Assembly: GCA_010015585.1 (NCBI GenBank) | Contig: ML975149.1 | Length of the DNA stretch: 64,000 nucleotides | Source of the DNA: Eremomyces bilateralis CBS 781.70 | Taxonomy: Eukaryota | Reading direction: 5' to 3' (one strand) | Part shown: positions 12,876-25,605 of the stretch, one piece after another | How positions within the stretch are numbered: the stretch's first letter is position 1 | Layout: every line of letters starts with the position of its first letter | Made by a program: the position numbers and the translations under genes | The notes under the pieces: generated by a model | Seen by the model: the letters and a program-made list of their open reading frames with translations, nothing else | Told to the model about the DNA's origin: nothing | Databases searched by the model: none

Positions 12876-14948
12876 ATGCATCTTTTGGCGGCGTCGTTGG
12901 CCCTCTTGCCGGCCATTGCCGCTGCCCATGAGGGTTATCCCGGGCCAAGATTGTTCGGCGCTCCGGGGATGAAGAAAATGAAGATGCGGAGAGATGCGGT
13001 CGAAATCAACCATAACAAGGTTCGGTATGGTTCTGATGTCCAAGCAAGAGGTGTGAAGGAATCCCGCCAGAACGGAGGCACCGACGGGCGATGCGGCGAT
13101 GACGGCAACGGAGCAAGCTGCGCGTCAGGATACTGCTGTTCGATCGAGGTAAGCCGTTATTAATTATCAAGAACTTCGGATAGCAATTGACCTTCGCAAA
13201 GGGTTGGTGTGGTAACACTTCCGATTACTGCAGCGCACCAGACTGTCAATTCGAGTATGGTCCAGGATGCGATGCGAATCAGAAGCCATCCGGATCTGAT
13301 ACTTCCGGCGTCACTCGCACGAAGGTCGGGAACGTCGTCTATGGTGGCGAGGGTATCTATCACTGCACGGTTCCAGGCACCGTCGCGCTGACTTACGATG
13401 ATGGTCCTTACATCTACACGGACGCGCTCCTGAATCTTCTCAATTCCTACGGCGCCAAGGCTACCTTTTTCATCACCGGCAACAACATTGGCAAGGGGTC
13501 AATCGACTCCACCCCAGCCTGGGGTTCCGTGATCCAACGCATGGCTGCTGAGGGTCACCAGATCGCATCCCATACCTGGTCTCACCAGAACTTGGACGAG
13601 ATTTCCTCTTCCAAGCGCAAGGAGCAGATAGTCTGGAACGAGATCGCCCTTCAGAACATCGTCGGTTACTTCCCAACCTATATGCGACCACCGTACTCTG
13701 CGTGTATCACGCCTGCCTGTGAGCAGGATATGGCCGATCTCGGATACCATATCAGTTATTTCGATGTCGATACTGACGATTACAACAACCTCACCCCGGA
13801 ATTGATCCAGAATGCCAAGGACAACTTCGGGAACGCCGTCGTCGGCCCGACGAGCACCAACAAGTACCTCTCCATCGCCCATGACATCCACCAGCTCAGT
13901 GCGGAGGACTTGACCGTGTATATGCTCGAGCACATCCAGGCTCAAGGATTCCGAGCGGTGACGATGGGCGAGTGCATGGGCGACCCCATCCAAAACTGGT
14001 ACCGCACCGGCTCTGGTGGCTCCATCCCCTCCTCTTCTGTCCCAACGTCTACCCCCACTGGTACGCCGTCCACCGACGGAAGCTGTGGTGGCAGTGACGG
14101 AAAGAGTTGTGCTGGCGCTGGGTTTGGTTCATGCTGTTCTCAGTACGGCTACTGGTATGTCGAACCTCCGGGTCTACCTGTCTAAATGACTTCGCTAATA
14201 CTATGGCAGCGGTGATACCACCGATCATTGCGGAACCGGCTGCCAGTCTGCCTTCGGTACTTGCGGCGGCACTCCTACCGCAAGCCCAACTTCCACCCCC
14301 ACTGGCACACCGCCATCAACCGATGGGAGCTGCAGTGGCAGTGCCGGGACGACTTGTGCCGGCGCTGGGTTTGGTTCATGCTGTTCTCAGTACGGCTACT
14401 GGTAAGTAGAACCTTGGGATGTGCCTGTCCAAATGGTCTTTCTAACACTACGACAGCGGTGACACTACCGGTCATTGCGGAGCTGGCTGCCAGTCTGGAT
14501 TTGGAACTTGCACCGGTGGCGGTGGCGGCGACAACGTTTCCACTGACGGAAACTGCGGAGCTAATGGGAAGACCTGTTTGAACTCCGCCTTCGGGAACTG
14601 CTGCTCGGAGCACGGCTGGTGGTAAGTCTCCTACTTGAATTCTCGATCCTATTTCTACCATCGAATGTTCCTCATTAACCAAAACCTAGCGGTGCCACCA
14701 CCGACCACTGCGGCACCGGTTGCCAATCTGGCTTCGGCAACTGCGGCTCTAGTGTAAGTAACCCAGTTCCTTCAACCACCCCTGGAGATAAGCCGGGTAC
14801 CACGAACGGGTCCTGCGGCCCGTCTGTCGGTACGACCTGCGCCAACACGCCATGGGGTCTCTGCTGCGGTCGCGATAGCCAATGCACCAACAGCATCTTG
14901 CGGTGTACGATCGGCTGCCAGAAGGGTTACGGAACCTGCTACTCGTAA
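12876..14948 (+). CDS. Secreted CE4 polysaccharide (chitin) deacetylase with one N-terminal and four C-terminal CBM18 hevein modules
   Basis: Signal peptide; NodB motifs TYDDGP, HTWSH, MRPPY and IAHD; Cys/Gly-rich modules (CCSQYGYCG...CGTGCQSAFGTC) split by introns; stop TAA at 14946-14948. Confidence 0.92.
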
Positions 14949-16702
14949 AGAGGAAATGACACACAAGATTTAATGGGTATATGTAATGGAGGATCTCAAG
15001 ATTAGCGGGCAGCGAACGATATTGGTGCTTCCGATTGTAAAACCCAGCAGCGACTCCTATGGCGACCGACCCCCTTCGCGGAATTTCCGCGACAGACCTT
15101 AGGTCGCTATTAATGTTTATTTCCACAATGGGAATGTAATCATGCGATGAGCGTTCAGCGAGTCGAAGATGCACCTTAATTCTCCGCGCCAATCCGCTCT
15201 CTCGGATCAATCTCCTTCCTTTCACCTCTTTCTCACGTTCACCCCATGCCGCATTCTTGCTCTTGCTGCCAGCCACGTTTCTTCGTCGCCCGCATGCTCG
15301 GCCAGATGCTAACTTTCCGTACAGTAAATCCCGTGTCCCGGCAGTACTGGACACATCCTCATCCCTGTGCGCCACTCTAAGTGCGTCGGTAGCGTCACGA
15401 TGCTTCACCGTCGGGGATTTGGTTCTGGTGCTGGGCGCTAAGGTGCGTCCACAGCGAGCTTGTTTTGAAGCCACGGCGACGATGGCGTCCACTTGATACC
15501 AAAAGGGTATTTTTAGTCGACCCAGGCCAACTTTTCGAACGTTCTGGATGGCATGGGATGATGGGAAATAGAAAAAATGGGATTCATGGAAAAGCGATCG
15601 TATTGTCGGTATGGTAACTGGCACGGTATAATTACAGCGCTCAAAAATATCATATTCTTCATTACCGCATTTATCGTGTTCATTCTATGTTCTACTATGT
15701 ATGGTTCTCCTCCATTCCTACGTGTCGGCCCAACGTTGCCATCAAGTCTGCCCATTCTCACATGTCGACTGATTTGGATGCTGTTGAAGCCATCGTCAAG
15801 CCACGTTTCTTGGTATTGCCCCTTTCATCATTACAGCGCCGTCCAATCATCAGTTGAGCGTTAACGCACACAGCATTACCAAGCTGCCATGCGTTTCATT
15901 TCTTGCATGTTCAACTTTTCACTCCATGCCTGGTGAATAGTCTTCGGACTTTGCTAAATTCCGATGCTGTGGCGACTGAATAGCCCAACTTGGGGCCGGG
16001 TGGACGACGTGTCTTCGTCATCCAGCCTCCAGATATTTGATATCATTGCAGACATATCGCCCTTCGCCTCTCCTTCTCGGGGTTTTTCCCCAGCTGCTGC
16101 GCGCGTGCGGCTATGTATGCCTTCTCTCGGATTTATCTTGCAAATCGTGCCTGTTATTCACAAATACCTGCAGCTGATCCACGTAATGGACAGTCCAAAG
16201 TTCGTCGGACTTAATCGGTGTTATTCCATCGGACCAGAGTGAAACCTATCAATAGAAGTAAAATGCGATCATCCGTTCAAAAATATCGTTCGGACAAAGT
16301 CGGCATTTGTAAGTTGCGAGTGTTCGAAAGAATCATGTCTTTGTCTCTTGCATTCTCGTCTTTGCGATATGGCACCTCAATGGAAGGTCGCCTGAAGGAG
16401 ATACATAAAGCTCCGGTTCTCCATTTCCCAGTCGACGGTGAGTTATCTCTCTGTCAGTTATCTCTACTATCTACCGATTTCAAAGTCAAAGTCAAGCCAA
16501 ATCCTACTCAAAAAGGATGATAGATCATATTCGCGCCCCATCAGACACACCTGTCTCCGTTCCGCCTAGGAATGTCCGTAACCTCAAGAATCATGGCACT
16601 CCAAAGCCAATATCAGTGCTGTTCGTTGATTCGTCCAACTTCAGTGAGTGAGCAAGCGAAGAATGTCATCGCCTGGCTAATCATGTCTCAGGAGCATCCA
16701 TC

Positions 16703-17467
16703 ATGGCGCAGCTATACACAGAGATGTTGCGGCTCCTCTGGGTCAACAACGAACTCTGCAACCCCTTCGACGCAATCGAATCCGCCGGATGGGGTCTTAC
16801 GTCCCTATACGAAACCCTATCCGAGCCCTGCGTGGACCGATGCAAGTGCCTCTTCTGCACCAGTTTCGAACCCGACCTCGTCGCCCTCTCCTGCGTTTTA
16901 TGCCATCCCAAATGCCCCGAAGGCAAAGACCTCTCAGCAAGATTCGCCTCTCGCAAACCGCGACAGGTATTTGCCACCGACTTCACAGCGTTCACCCACA
17001 TCTTGTGCCTGGACGCTTTTTCGTTCGCGGTCGTCGAGGGGACGAGAGCTTGGGTCAAAGCAGAGAAATTATCAGACCTCGCGTCCGGAAACAGTCCTCG
17101 ATTCGCGAAGATAGTATCGCTTGGCCGCACCCGCAGCGTCCTCGAGAAATACCCGGTGAAGTTCTCCATGCGGTCCGAGAGCTCTTACATATCCCTACGC
17201 GATGCCATCTGCAATGACATCCACGACTTCCTAGAGCAGCATACCAGGTGGCGGTTACCCAAGGGAAAGCTGGTGGAATCTGCGAACCGCTGGCGCTCGC
17301 GACAATGTACAATCGCGGAGGCGGAGGTCTTGCTGCGGAAGAAACGGGTGGCGGGGAGGGTGGTGAAAGTGTGGACGGACAAAGTAATACCGGGTGCCGG
17401 GCCTGGGCCTATGACAATTGCTCTTTCTCATTCGAAGGGTGGAAGAAGAGGTACGAGCTTGCAATGA
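16703..17467 (+). CDS. Hypothetical protein (254 aa; Cys-rich N-terminal part; possible upstream exon from 16572)
   Basis: Long ORF with coding-like composition and an intron-like GTGAG...GCTAAT...CTCAG just upstream. No family recognised with confidence. Confidence 0.5.
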   Translation: MAQLYTEMLRLLWVNNELCNPFDAIESAGWGLTSLYETLSEPCVDRCKCLFCTSFEPDLVALSCVLCHPKCPEGKDLSARFASRKPRQVFATDFTAFTHILCLDAFSFAVVEGTRAWVKAEKLSDLASGNSPRFAKIVSLGRTRSVLEKYPVKFSMRSESSYISLRDAICNDIHDFLEQHTRWRLPKGKLVESANRWRSRQCTIAEAEVLLRKKRVAGRVVKVWTDKVIPGAGPGPMTIALSHSKGGRRGTSLQ

Positions 17468-18034
17468 CGCTCTTTGGAGAAAGGGTTACATTCGGGAGTT
17501 GGCGCTGGAAGTGGAGTCTAGTTGGGCTGATACCCCTGAGGTGCAATGATTTTATGCTCTCCCTATCCTTATTTGGCGCCCAAAATTCTGTTGTACCTGA
17601 TTGCGAGACATATACTTTTTTCCAAGTGTTTTAAGATCACTGTCTAGGTGCTAAGTCGTATTGAGTATTTAATCTTGACAGGGAGTCTATTGGATGTCCA
17701 CAGGCTGCGCAGCCCATCACAAACGATTGGTGCCTCAGGCTCTAAAAATGTTGGCCTTCGCAACATGTAAAGATACCAGTAGCCGAATTACCGATGTTAC
17801 TTTTACTGACCGAGCTGGAGGTGGAGGTCTTCATGACCAGCGAATTGGTGTAGTGTCTTTAGAAAATGTACTTCCATGCATTCGATATACAATATCAATG
17901 CGACTGCTCCCAATTTTGGACGGTCTATTGACATCGTAACGTCAATTCAAGGAGTAGCCGGCAACGAAAACACTGTTCAGGCATAGGAACCCTCTACTAG
18001 CTGTATTGAGCAATTTGGCTATACAAACATCATA

Positions 18035-18868
18035 ATGGCACCTCTAAAGCTAGCCACCGAGCCCCCACAAAACCTCTCCTTCCTGAAACTATCCTTCCCC
18101 GCCGACCGCGTCCTGCTCGTCACCATGAACCGGCCCAAAGACCTTAACTGCATCAGCCGCCAAGGCTCCACCGACATGCAGGCCGTATTCACCTGGTTCG
18201 ACGCCGAACCCAACCTTACCGTCGCCATCCTCACCGGCGCCGGTCGAGCGTTCTCCGCCGGCGCTGACCTGAAAGAATGGAACACGTCAATGAGCCCGGG
18301 GAGCGATTCCTCCAAGCGATTAGGCGCTCCGGGTCCGAAGCCCTTCAGTCGGAGGCTCGGGAAGAAGCCCGTGATCGCGGCGGTGAACGGGTTGGCTGCG
18401 GGAGGGGGGACGGAGTTCGCGATCAATTGCGACTTGATCGTCGCGTCGGAGAAGGCGACGTTCGCGTTGCCGGAGGTGAAGCGGGGTGTCTCGCCTTTTG
18501 CGGGCGTGCTGCCCCGGTTGATTCGGATTGTGGGTTTGCAGAGGGCGTCGGAGTTTGCGTTGACGGGGCGGACCATGAGTTCGCAGGAAGCGTTTACATG
18601 GGGCTTCGTGAACCAGGTGGTGCCGCAAGATCAAGTGATGGACGCGGCGCTGAAGTACGCCACAATGATTTCGGAGAACAGTCCAGATTCGATCATTTGC
18701 ACTCGAGCGGGTTTGCGACAGGGATGGGAGACGGCCTCGGTGGATGATGCGGCGGAGATAACCGTGCATGGCGCTTTTGCGAAGCTGCTGGAGGGTGAGA
18801 ACGTCAAGGAAGGGCTGCGGGCCTTCGCAGAGAAGAGGAAGCCGAGTTGGAAGCCCAGTCGTTTGTGA
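18035..18868 (+). CDS. Enoyl-CoA hydratase/isomerase (crotonase) family protein, peroxisomal
   Basis: Motifs AFSAGADLKE, KPVIAAVNGLAAGGGTE, FALPEVKRG and EGLRAFAEKRKP; C-terminal PTS1 SRL. Confidence 0.93.
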   Translation: MAPLKLATEPPQNLSFLKLSFPADRVLLVTMNRPKDLNCISRQGSTDMQAVFTWFDAEPNLTVAILTGAGRAFSAGADLKEWNTSMSPGSDSSKRLGAPGPKPFSRRLGKKPVIAAVNGLAAGGGTEFAINCDLIVASEKATFALPEVKRGVSPFAGVLPRLIRIVGLQRASEFALTGRTMSSQEAFTWGFVNQVVPQDQVMDAALKYATMISENSPDSIICTRAGLRQGWETASVDDAAEITVHGAFAKLLEGENVKEGLRAFAEKRKPSWKPSRL

Positions 18869-19010
18869 CCTGCGGATACCAAGAGTCAGCGTTGTCAATG
18901 AAGACTTGAGTAGGGAAAGATGATCGTTGGTAGTAACTTACGTAAAGCATTGGACTCTGCCATATCTTCGACGGTAGCCAGACATTTCCGGAAACCCAAT
19001 CGCGGACCTT

Positions 19011-19813
19011 TTAAGCTTCGACCTTAAGCTTCTCCATTTGCTCGACCTCATCATCCCCTTCATCTTCATCAATCTTGCCCACAAGACCCCTCTCCCACAG
19101 CTGCCTCCCAGTGATGCGAGGCTCTTCCTTCGCTATCTTCCGGCCCTTGCTATCGACAAGCGCCTCTTCCTGTCGTATCCTTTCCTCCTCCTCCAACTCC
19201 TGCTTGAACTTTGCCCTCCACGCCATGAACGACTCCCTCGTGACCGCCGATCCATGGAACTTCCGATTCTCCTCCTCTTCCACCTTCTGTGCTTCGGTCT
19301 CTCGCTCCAGTTCCTCGACCTTCTGCCTGTCCAATATCAATTGCTCGGCGAGCTCCTTGAGCGTGCTGATTATGGTGAAGATCATAGCCATCCCCATGCT
19401 TTCCTCGATGATCGGATAAAGGTTTTGGAGAAGCTGTTCTTTGTCTTCTTGAACGTCGAAGTGCGGATATTTGGGCGCATTGGGTGGCGATTGGATGTCG
19501 AGGCGCGGTGCTTCGTCGGGATACGCTTCTGGATATGTCACCTGGAGAAGTAGTTCCGCTAGAATTTTGTGTCAGAGACACCTCAATTCCGGATGGTGTT
19601 TGGCAACATACGCTGTTCAGTTTCGTCGTCTTCATGTCTCTCAACATCAAGCACTATTAAAACGCGGAATTCGTTTTCGGAGATATCTATGCTCATGTAA
19701 GATTATCGCCCGCCCAACGATAGGCGTTGTCTGAAAGGCATCATACCAGTAATTTCGTCCGGGAAGATGGACTCCAGGACCTCCCTCTCCTCCTGCTGCT
19801 CCTCTAGTCCCAT
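19011..19813 (-). CDS. GIR2: RWD-domain/DFRP protein Gir2 (RWDD1)
   Basis: Exon 1 MGLEEQQEEREVLESIFPDEIT; then YPEAYPDEAP, GMAMIFTII, KFHGSAVTRESFMAWR and ITGRQLWERG. Confidence 0.9.
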
Positions 19814-20599
19814 GGCTGAGTTTATTGGCTGAGTTTGTCCTGATCTAGCAATTCGCGTCCAAAATCGTCAATCAGGATAGTAGAAGAAGAGTGTTGCGTG
19901 CAGGATTGGCGAAAGGATGGAAATTGGCAATCGCTAGATTTTGGTAATTAAGGTAATGTATTAGAGGTGAATCAGCGGGGGTTCTTCGCATGGGTTGACG
20001 TTGAAAGGTTGAACGTCACCTGTCGTCGCCAATGTCGCCCAACTTCCACTTGTCCCCTCCTCATAGCTTTACAAACATCAACTATTGTATATTTATTTGA
20101 TACACACGCCAAATATCTAAGTCGGTTCATTGTGTAGAGATAAGAATCGATTGAAATCAGAGCTGCCATTAAAGAGCAAGGACTACCAAATACTGTCGGG
20201 ACTTAGCTGTGTGGAACACCGCGGGATGCTTGTTGGTAGAGTCGACCGCAGCGACGATGTAATATTGGTTGACAACTTCTTCATGGATTTTCCAGTCATC
20301 GATGGATTGGATAGATACGTGGAACTCGATCACCAACGGTGGAGAGGTTATTTGTGGTCTGAAATCGTTGATTGCTCTCTCTGCCTAAGTTCTAAGCATG
20401 CTAATCGAGGTTGTGTCTCGAAACTTCTCTCGCAAGCAGGCCATATCGAAGGCCAGAAAGTCCTGTCATTCCAATTCATTTACTCCTCACCAAACCAGGG
20501 CGTGGATAAATCCAACTTGAAATGGCATTAGCTCTTCGCTCTGCCTAAGTCAAGGAAGGGTTGCGCCGTTGATGCCGGAAAACATACCTCGACGATGGA

Positions 20600-21217
20600 C
20601 TAAATGTCCATATCATCGTACTTCGGGACTTTCTCATCGTACCGGCCGAAGATACTAAAATCTTCATCGTCGGGGTTCAGATAAGGGATGCTCGGAACCA
20701 CTCTAGCCTTGGGAGTCGCATCCTCGTCGACGGTGGATCTGTCGCCACGAGGTCGCTTGGAAGGCGTGTCTTCGTCGTCGTCGAGGTCGCTGGGGGTGGC
20801 GGTCCGAGCACGCTTCTTGGACGATGGGGTGCGCTTCGTGGCCTTCTTCACATTGGGAGTAGCAACGCCAGTCCCCGCCTTGTTGTTCGAGGCTGTAGGA
20901 GAGTTCGTACCGCCATTGGTGCTCTTGGACTGGGCAACGGCTCGAAGCTTCTTCCGGACAGCCGCGAACGCATTTCGAGCAGAGCCTTCGGTGTAGCCGG
21001 CGAGCTGGGCGAACTTCTTCATGTCGATCTAGGAAGACCGTGAAGTTAGTATTTAAGCACTCTCACTGAAGACAGGGCTATCGCTGTTAACTGGATCCAG
21101 CGATCTGGGACATACGTCAGGTTCATTCCCACCCTTGATCGACACCCAAGCACAGGCCATGATGTTAGTCTCTCGCTCGGAGAGGCCAAACGTGTCGAGT
21201 GTACGACTAGGAGCCAT
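20600..21217 (-). CDS. Small basic fungal protein of unknown function (1 intron)
   Basis: Spliced MAPSR...NIMACAWVSIKGGNEPD|IDMKKFAQLAGYTEGSARNAFAAVRKKL followed by a K/R-rich disordered tail; resembles a recurrent fungal helical domain family. Confidence 0.75.
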
Positions 21218-22948
21218 CTTTCTTGATGTTGGCAAGAGTTCTCGTGGTTGATTACTATTTCATTGTCAGTGTCGGTGATCAAAGACTTCAGTGTCAATCA
21301 GTGTCGAGAGGAACAAGTTGGAATTCTGGGTTCAGGCTTGGGATTGGGATTGGGATTGTATTGTCAGATACTCACTTGAGCTATTTCCGTATCACAGCGA
21401 GCACCCTGCTTGTTGAGGATGCTATCTCGAATATGTGGAGTGGTTGGATATAGACTCGGATTGACAGCTGATCACCGTCTACGATGTGCTATGGAATGGG
21501 ATGCTATCCTGAATGTGCAATGTCGTGAGTAAGAGTTTACGTTCGAGGTGAAGGGAGGAATCTTTATAGAAACAGAGATCGACCTGAAAGTGAATTAGGC
21601 TACGATGCAAACTGGCTGCTGGCCACGATGCATTTCACTTCGACAAGCAAAATGCACGAAAATGTGAAACCACATGATAATCGAATCATCACATGCACGG
21701 AGCCCGCCAAATATGCGGAGTTCCAGCATATGTGAATTTAGATCCCATATTCACTTCCACTTCGTGTTAGCTAGCATAGTAATACTTATGTCCTGGAGGA
21801 TGTATCTTCCACGGCAACGCAGCTTGCAGAGCGCCTTCATGCATTTCTAGTTCGAGTTTCTACACCACCAAAGATGCAGTTAAGTAAACTATACGATATA
21901 CCAGTTAGCAGATGATAGATGCTAATTGGCATTACCCCTGGAACGGCATTATAAATAGTCAACTATTCCTATAACCATTCTGCCCTGGCTTTGACTCGCC
22001 CCGCCGCCTATCTACTAGACTGCTATACGGTCCCTGTTCAACCTTTCACGCTGTCTGCTTCTAAGCTACTGATATATTAAGCCCAAACATTGTGTTTTTT
22101 GTGTGAATACACCGTTTTGTTCAGGTCTCTAGTACCTGGGGTACAAGCAAAAAGTTCAGTGCGCTCAGTGCGCTCAGTGCTAGCAAGTTGTCTATACTGA
22201 TTTCAAACCAATCAGAATCGAACAGCAACTTGCTCTGCTTTGAATTCCTTGATGGCTGATAGTTATATATATATTCTGGATAGATTCGATGTCCCCTTTT
22301 GAGAAATGGCAGGAGATGATGTGCGCTCAACTACGGTGAGCAGTGGGATTCATTTCCTTAGATACAGTAACTACCTAGGTACATCTACTAAAGACTATAA
22401 ACTGCCTCACCTATGGGAGTGAATGAATAAGGCGCTTTGGGAATCTGTGCAAAGGATACTGCGGATGAATGAATCAAGGTACTATATGTTTAAGACATGT
22501 TGAATCCAATTGGGAAAGAATAACAATAATTCAATCGGTTTCTGATACTTGTACTTCATCAACCTTGCCAAGGGCTGGGCCTAATAGTTCAACCTTAGTA
22601 ATTGCCTCTAGGGGACAAGCCTCGAGGTACCAGTTCAATTCCCAAAAGGGCTATTATTTTTTTACATTTTTTGGTGATTTCCAATTCCATACCCCAAATA
22701 GCACTTCACTTGATATCCAAATCCTATGCCCTACGGTCACGAAACAAGCTACCATATTAGATCCATTTGAGCGTTAGAAGCGGTACTGATATGGGATTTT
22801 CACAAGTAGACCTAATACCTCATGCGAGAAAATCTGGGAGTTGCATTCTAACGGACGGACGAACTCCCCTTTTAGTTCATCGATCTCATAACTGAGGCCC
22901 CGGGCACGCTGCCCAAACATTTCTGATATCCTATAGCCTGAAAACGCA

Positions 22949-24473
22949 TCACGTGCTACCAGGTCCGCCTAGCAGTGCAAATCTTCTCACGATTGATGGG
23001 CCGTATTCTTGGTACTCTGGATCTTGGTTAGCATCATCAGGAAAACGCTGATGGAAGTTGGCATACCTTGCTTCGTGTGGCAGTAGCTCCGGAACTCCGG
23101 CGTCTGTCCGAGTAGACTTCCACCAAACCATGGGCCGTGTCTCTGTCGCTTGTGAGTAATGACCTGCACATCCAACCCACCGCTCTTGGCGCCGCCGCTC
23201 TTCGCCTCGGAAGCCCGAATCCGCGCGTCCACGAGATGCTTGATATCTCGCTGCAGTCGTCGCCCGAAGTCCTTGTAGAGCGTCGAGCCACCGGACAAGA
23301 CAATGTTCTTGTACAGTCCACGTCGCACGTCGATCGGACTGGTCTGGATCACGGTGTCCACGATGTTGGGAAGCGGGGTCAGGAAGTCGGAGGAGTAGAT
23401 CTCGGGATTGAAGAAGATCTCGGGCGCTAAGAATCGCTCGTATCCCACGTCGACCGACGTCGACTTGCCGTTCGGATAGGTGATGGGATATTTGCAGAAG
23501 CGGTCGGGCTCTCGGTCATATCGAGCGAACTCCTTCACGATGTCGGGGCACACGTAGCAGAACTCCTCCTTTATCCGCTCGGCTGTTTTAAGGCTGCTGT
23601 CGGGCTCTCCGCGATCTCTTAGTAGCGATTGAACAAAGTATGTGATATCTCGACCGGCGATTGGTATGCTCTTGATGGAGGACCCGATGACATAACCCTC
23701 TGCCACCGGGATGACGTGGGTGACACCCTCTCCGGAATCAATCACCGTACCGGTTAGAGACCGGTCCTGTACTTTCGACGACGTCCACGAGGCCGCGAGA
23801 GCGAGTACTGCTTGCACAGCGATGTAAAGACCAGCACAGTTGAACGATTCAAACATGATTTCGGCCGTGTTCTCGCGGTTCTCGGGCGGGTTTAGAGGCG
23901 GTTCGGTGAGGAGGAAGTAGTGGTCCTCGGGCTCGACGCGAAGGTACTTAAAGATTGAGTTCGACCAGAATCGTTCCATATGGTCCCAATTCTCGATTTG
24001 TCCATGTCGGATGGGGTAATGGAGGCCGTATCCTACTGTTGTTAGCCATGACATCCTACACCAATACTCCCAACACTTGTCCTTACCTGGCCCAGCCGCA
24101 GCAGCTAGCGCTTCATCGCCAATGAAGAAATCTAGATCTTCCGTTCCTCGCTTCGCCGAAAGATGTGAGCCTGGCCCAGCGCCTCCGGTGAGGAATGACG
24201 GCTTGTTTGCGACAGCAGGCCTCCCGGATCCCGAACCAGCTCCACCAGCTCCGCTCTTCGTCGCGATAGCAGTCGGAAAGACAAACGAAGGCGAATCATT
24301 TCCGGCAAATCCTTCACAGCGTCAGCGACCGACGAACCTCGTCTCTGTGCGGAGAGCATACCTAGCTTCGAGTAACCCGTACCGCTGACGATCACGTATT
24401 AGCCATGACATCGTACGGCAAGGTGCGGAGAAGCTTACTTGTCCATGACAACGGCAGGAGTTTGGTTGGCCAT
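22949..24473 (-). CDS. ARP3: Actin-related protein 3 (Arp2/3 complex)
   Basis: [62 protein letters not shown] and [12 protein letters not shown]. Confidence 0.97.
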
Positions 24474-25605
24474 TTCGACCTCTGTTTTTACGGCGGTGCC
24501 GAAGTCCGATAGATCTTTAGAGTGATTGCGAAGCTTGAAATGTATGTAGGCAGTGGGTGGAATTGGTATGGCTAGTCGAGGAGCAATGAACTCGCGTCGT
24601 TCCGCCCCGCCGCCAAGAAATAGGTATGTTGGAGTAGCACGCCAATTGGTGACGACGGACTTGGAATGTCCAACTTAGAATGTCCAACTACGGCAAGTGT
24701 TTAGGTCGTTGCAGATATCAGTTGAGACCACAGCCAGATGACAATTGGGGAGGAGGAGATGATGGATTGAATATATAAAAATGGCGAAGGGACGCCTATG
24801 GCAACAGACATCGAGAAGAGTGAGGAGCGCTCCTGGCTATACGTCTGTATCAACGGTAATCCCTCTCTCACGCCTTGTTCTCGACAGATTCATTTCTCAT
24901 CTGGCAACACGGTCCACGTTGCTGTCTCCCGTAACAGCCTGAGCACTTCAATTCTTTCTCTATCCTTTGATCTTCTACTTTGAGGACGACCGGCAACAGA
25001 CCATAGTTTGTGTGCGATTAATTGTTATTCTTTCACTGAGCTTGTCTCTTACCTACGCTCACCACCGTGTATTCTTCTTAACTCTCCTCAGTCCTGTCAC
25101 AGTCTTCGCTACGTTCGATCCTTTGCTACGATACCTTAAGCGGAGACCTATCTCCATTATCAGAGTACTGCCGCTTCGGCGCCTATGACCCGTAGGACCC
25201 CAAACAGAGAAGCCCAATCTCCTTCTACTGGATGATCTCCTCTTACTCTCCATCACCCTTCAATTAGTTTCGAGCATGCCATTAGTCGACGGGACATCAC
25301 ATTATACTCTCATCGCGGTCACTCACTCTCATTCTGACCTGATCAGGTCCGTCCTTGGTACCTATTTCCTTCGCGACAGGCAAGGCTTTGCTACTTCACA
25401 TTCCATCCTAAAAGATCACACCAATCACTGTTGAACAAGCTCCCCAAACGCAGCATTGGAGGACAAAGGCTACCTTTGGCCCTTTCGAAAAGATCGCTGG
25501 CTTTTGCAGAGGATCCAGAGAATTCTGCAGATTCTGCACCTCTCCCAAGCCTCCGAGTCTGATCAACCAAGGTCCAGTCTCACCGGCTCTTGGAAATTCT
25601 CAAGA

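Noticed and set aside
14749..15624. 291-aa minus-strand ORF downstream of the deacetylase
   Set aside because: No recognisable domain, non-coding-like composition, and it overlaps the deacetylase's last exon.
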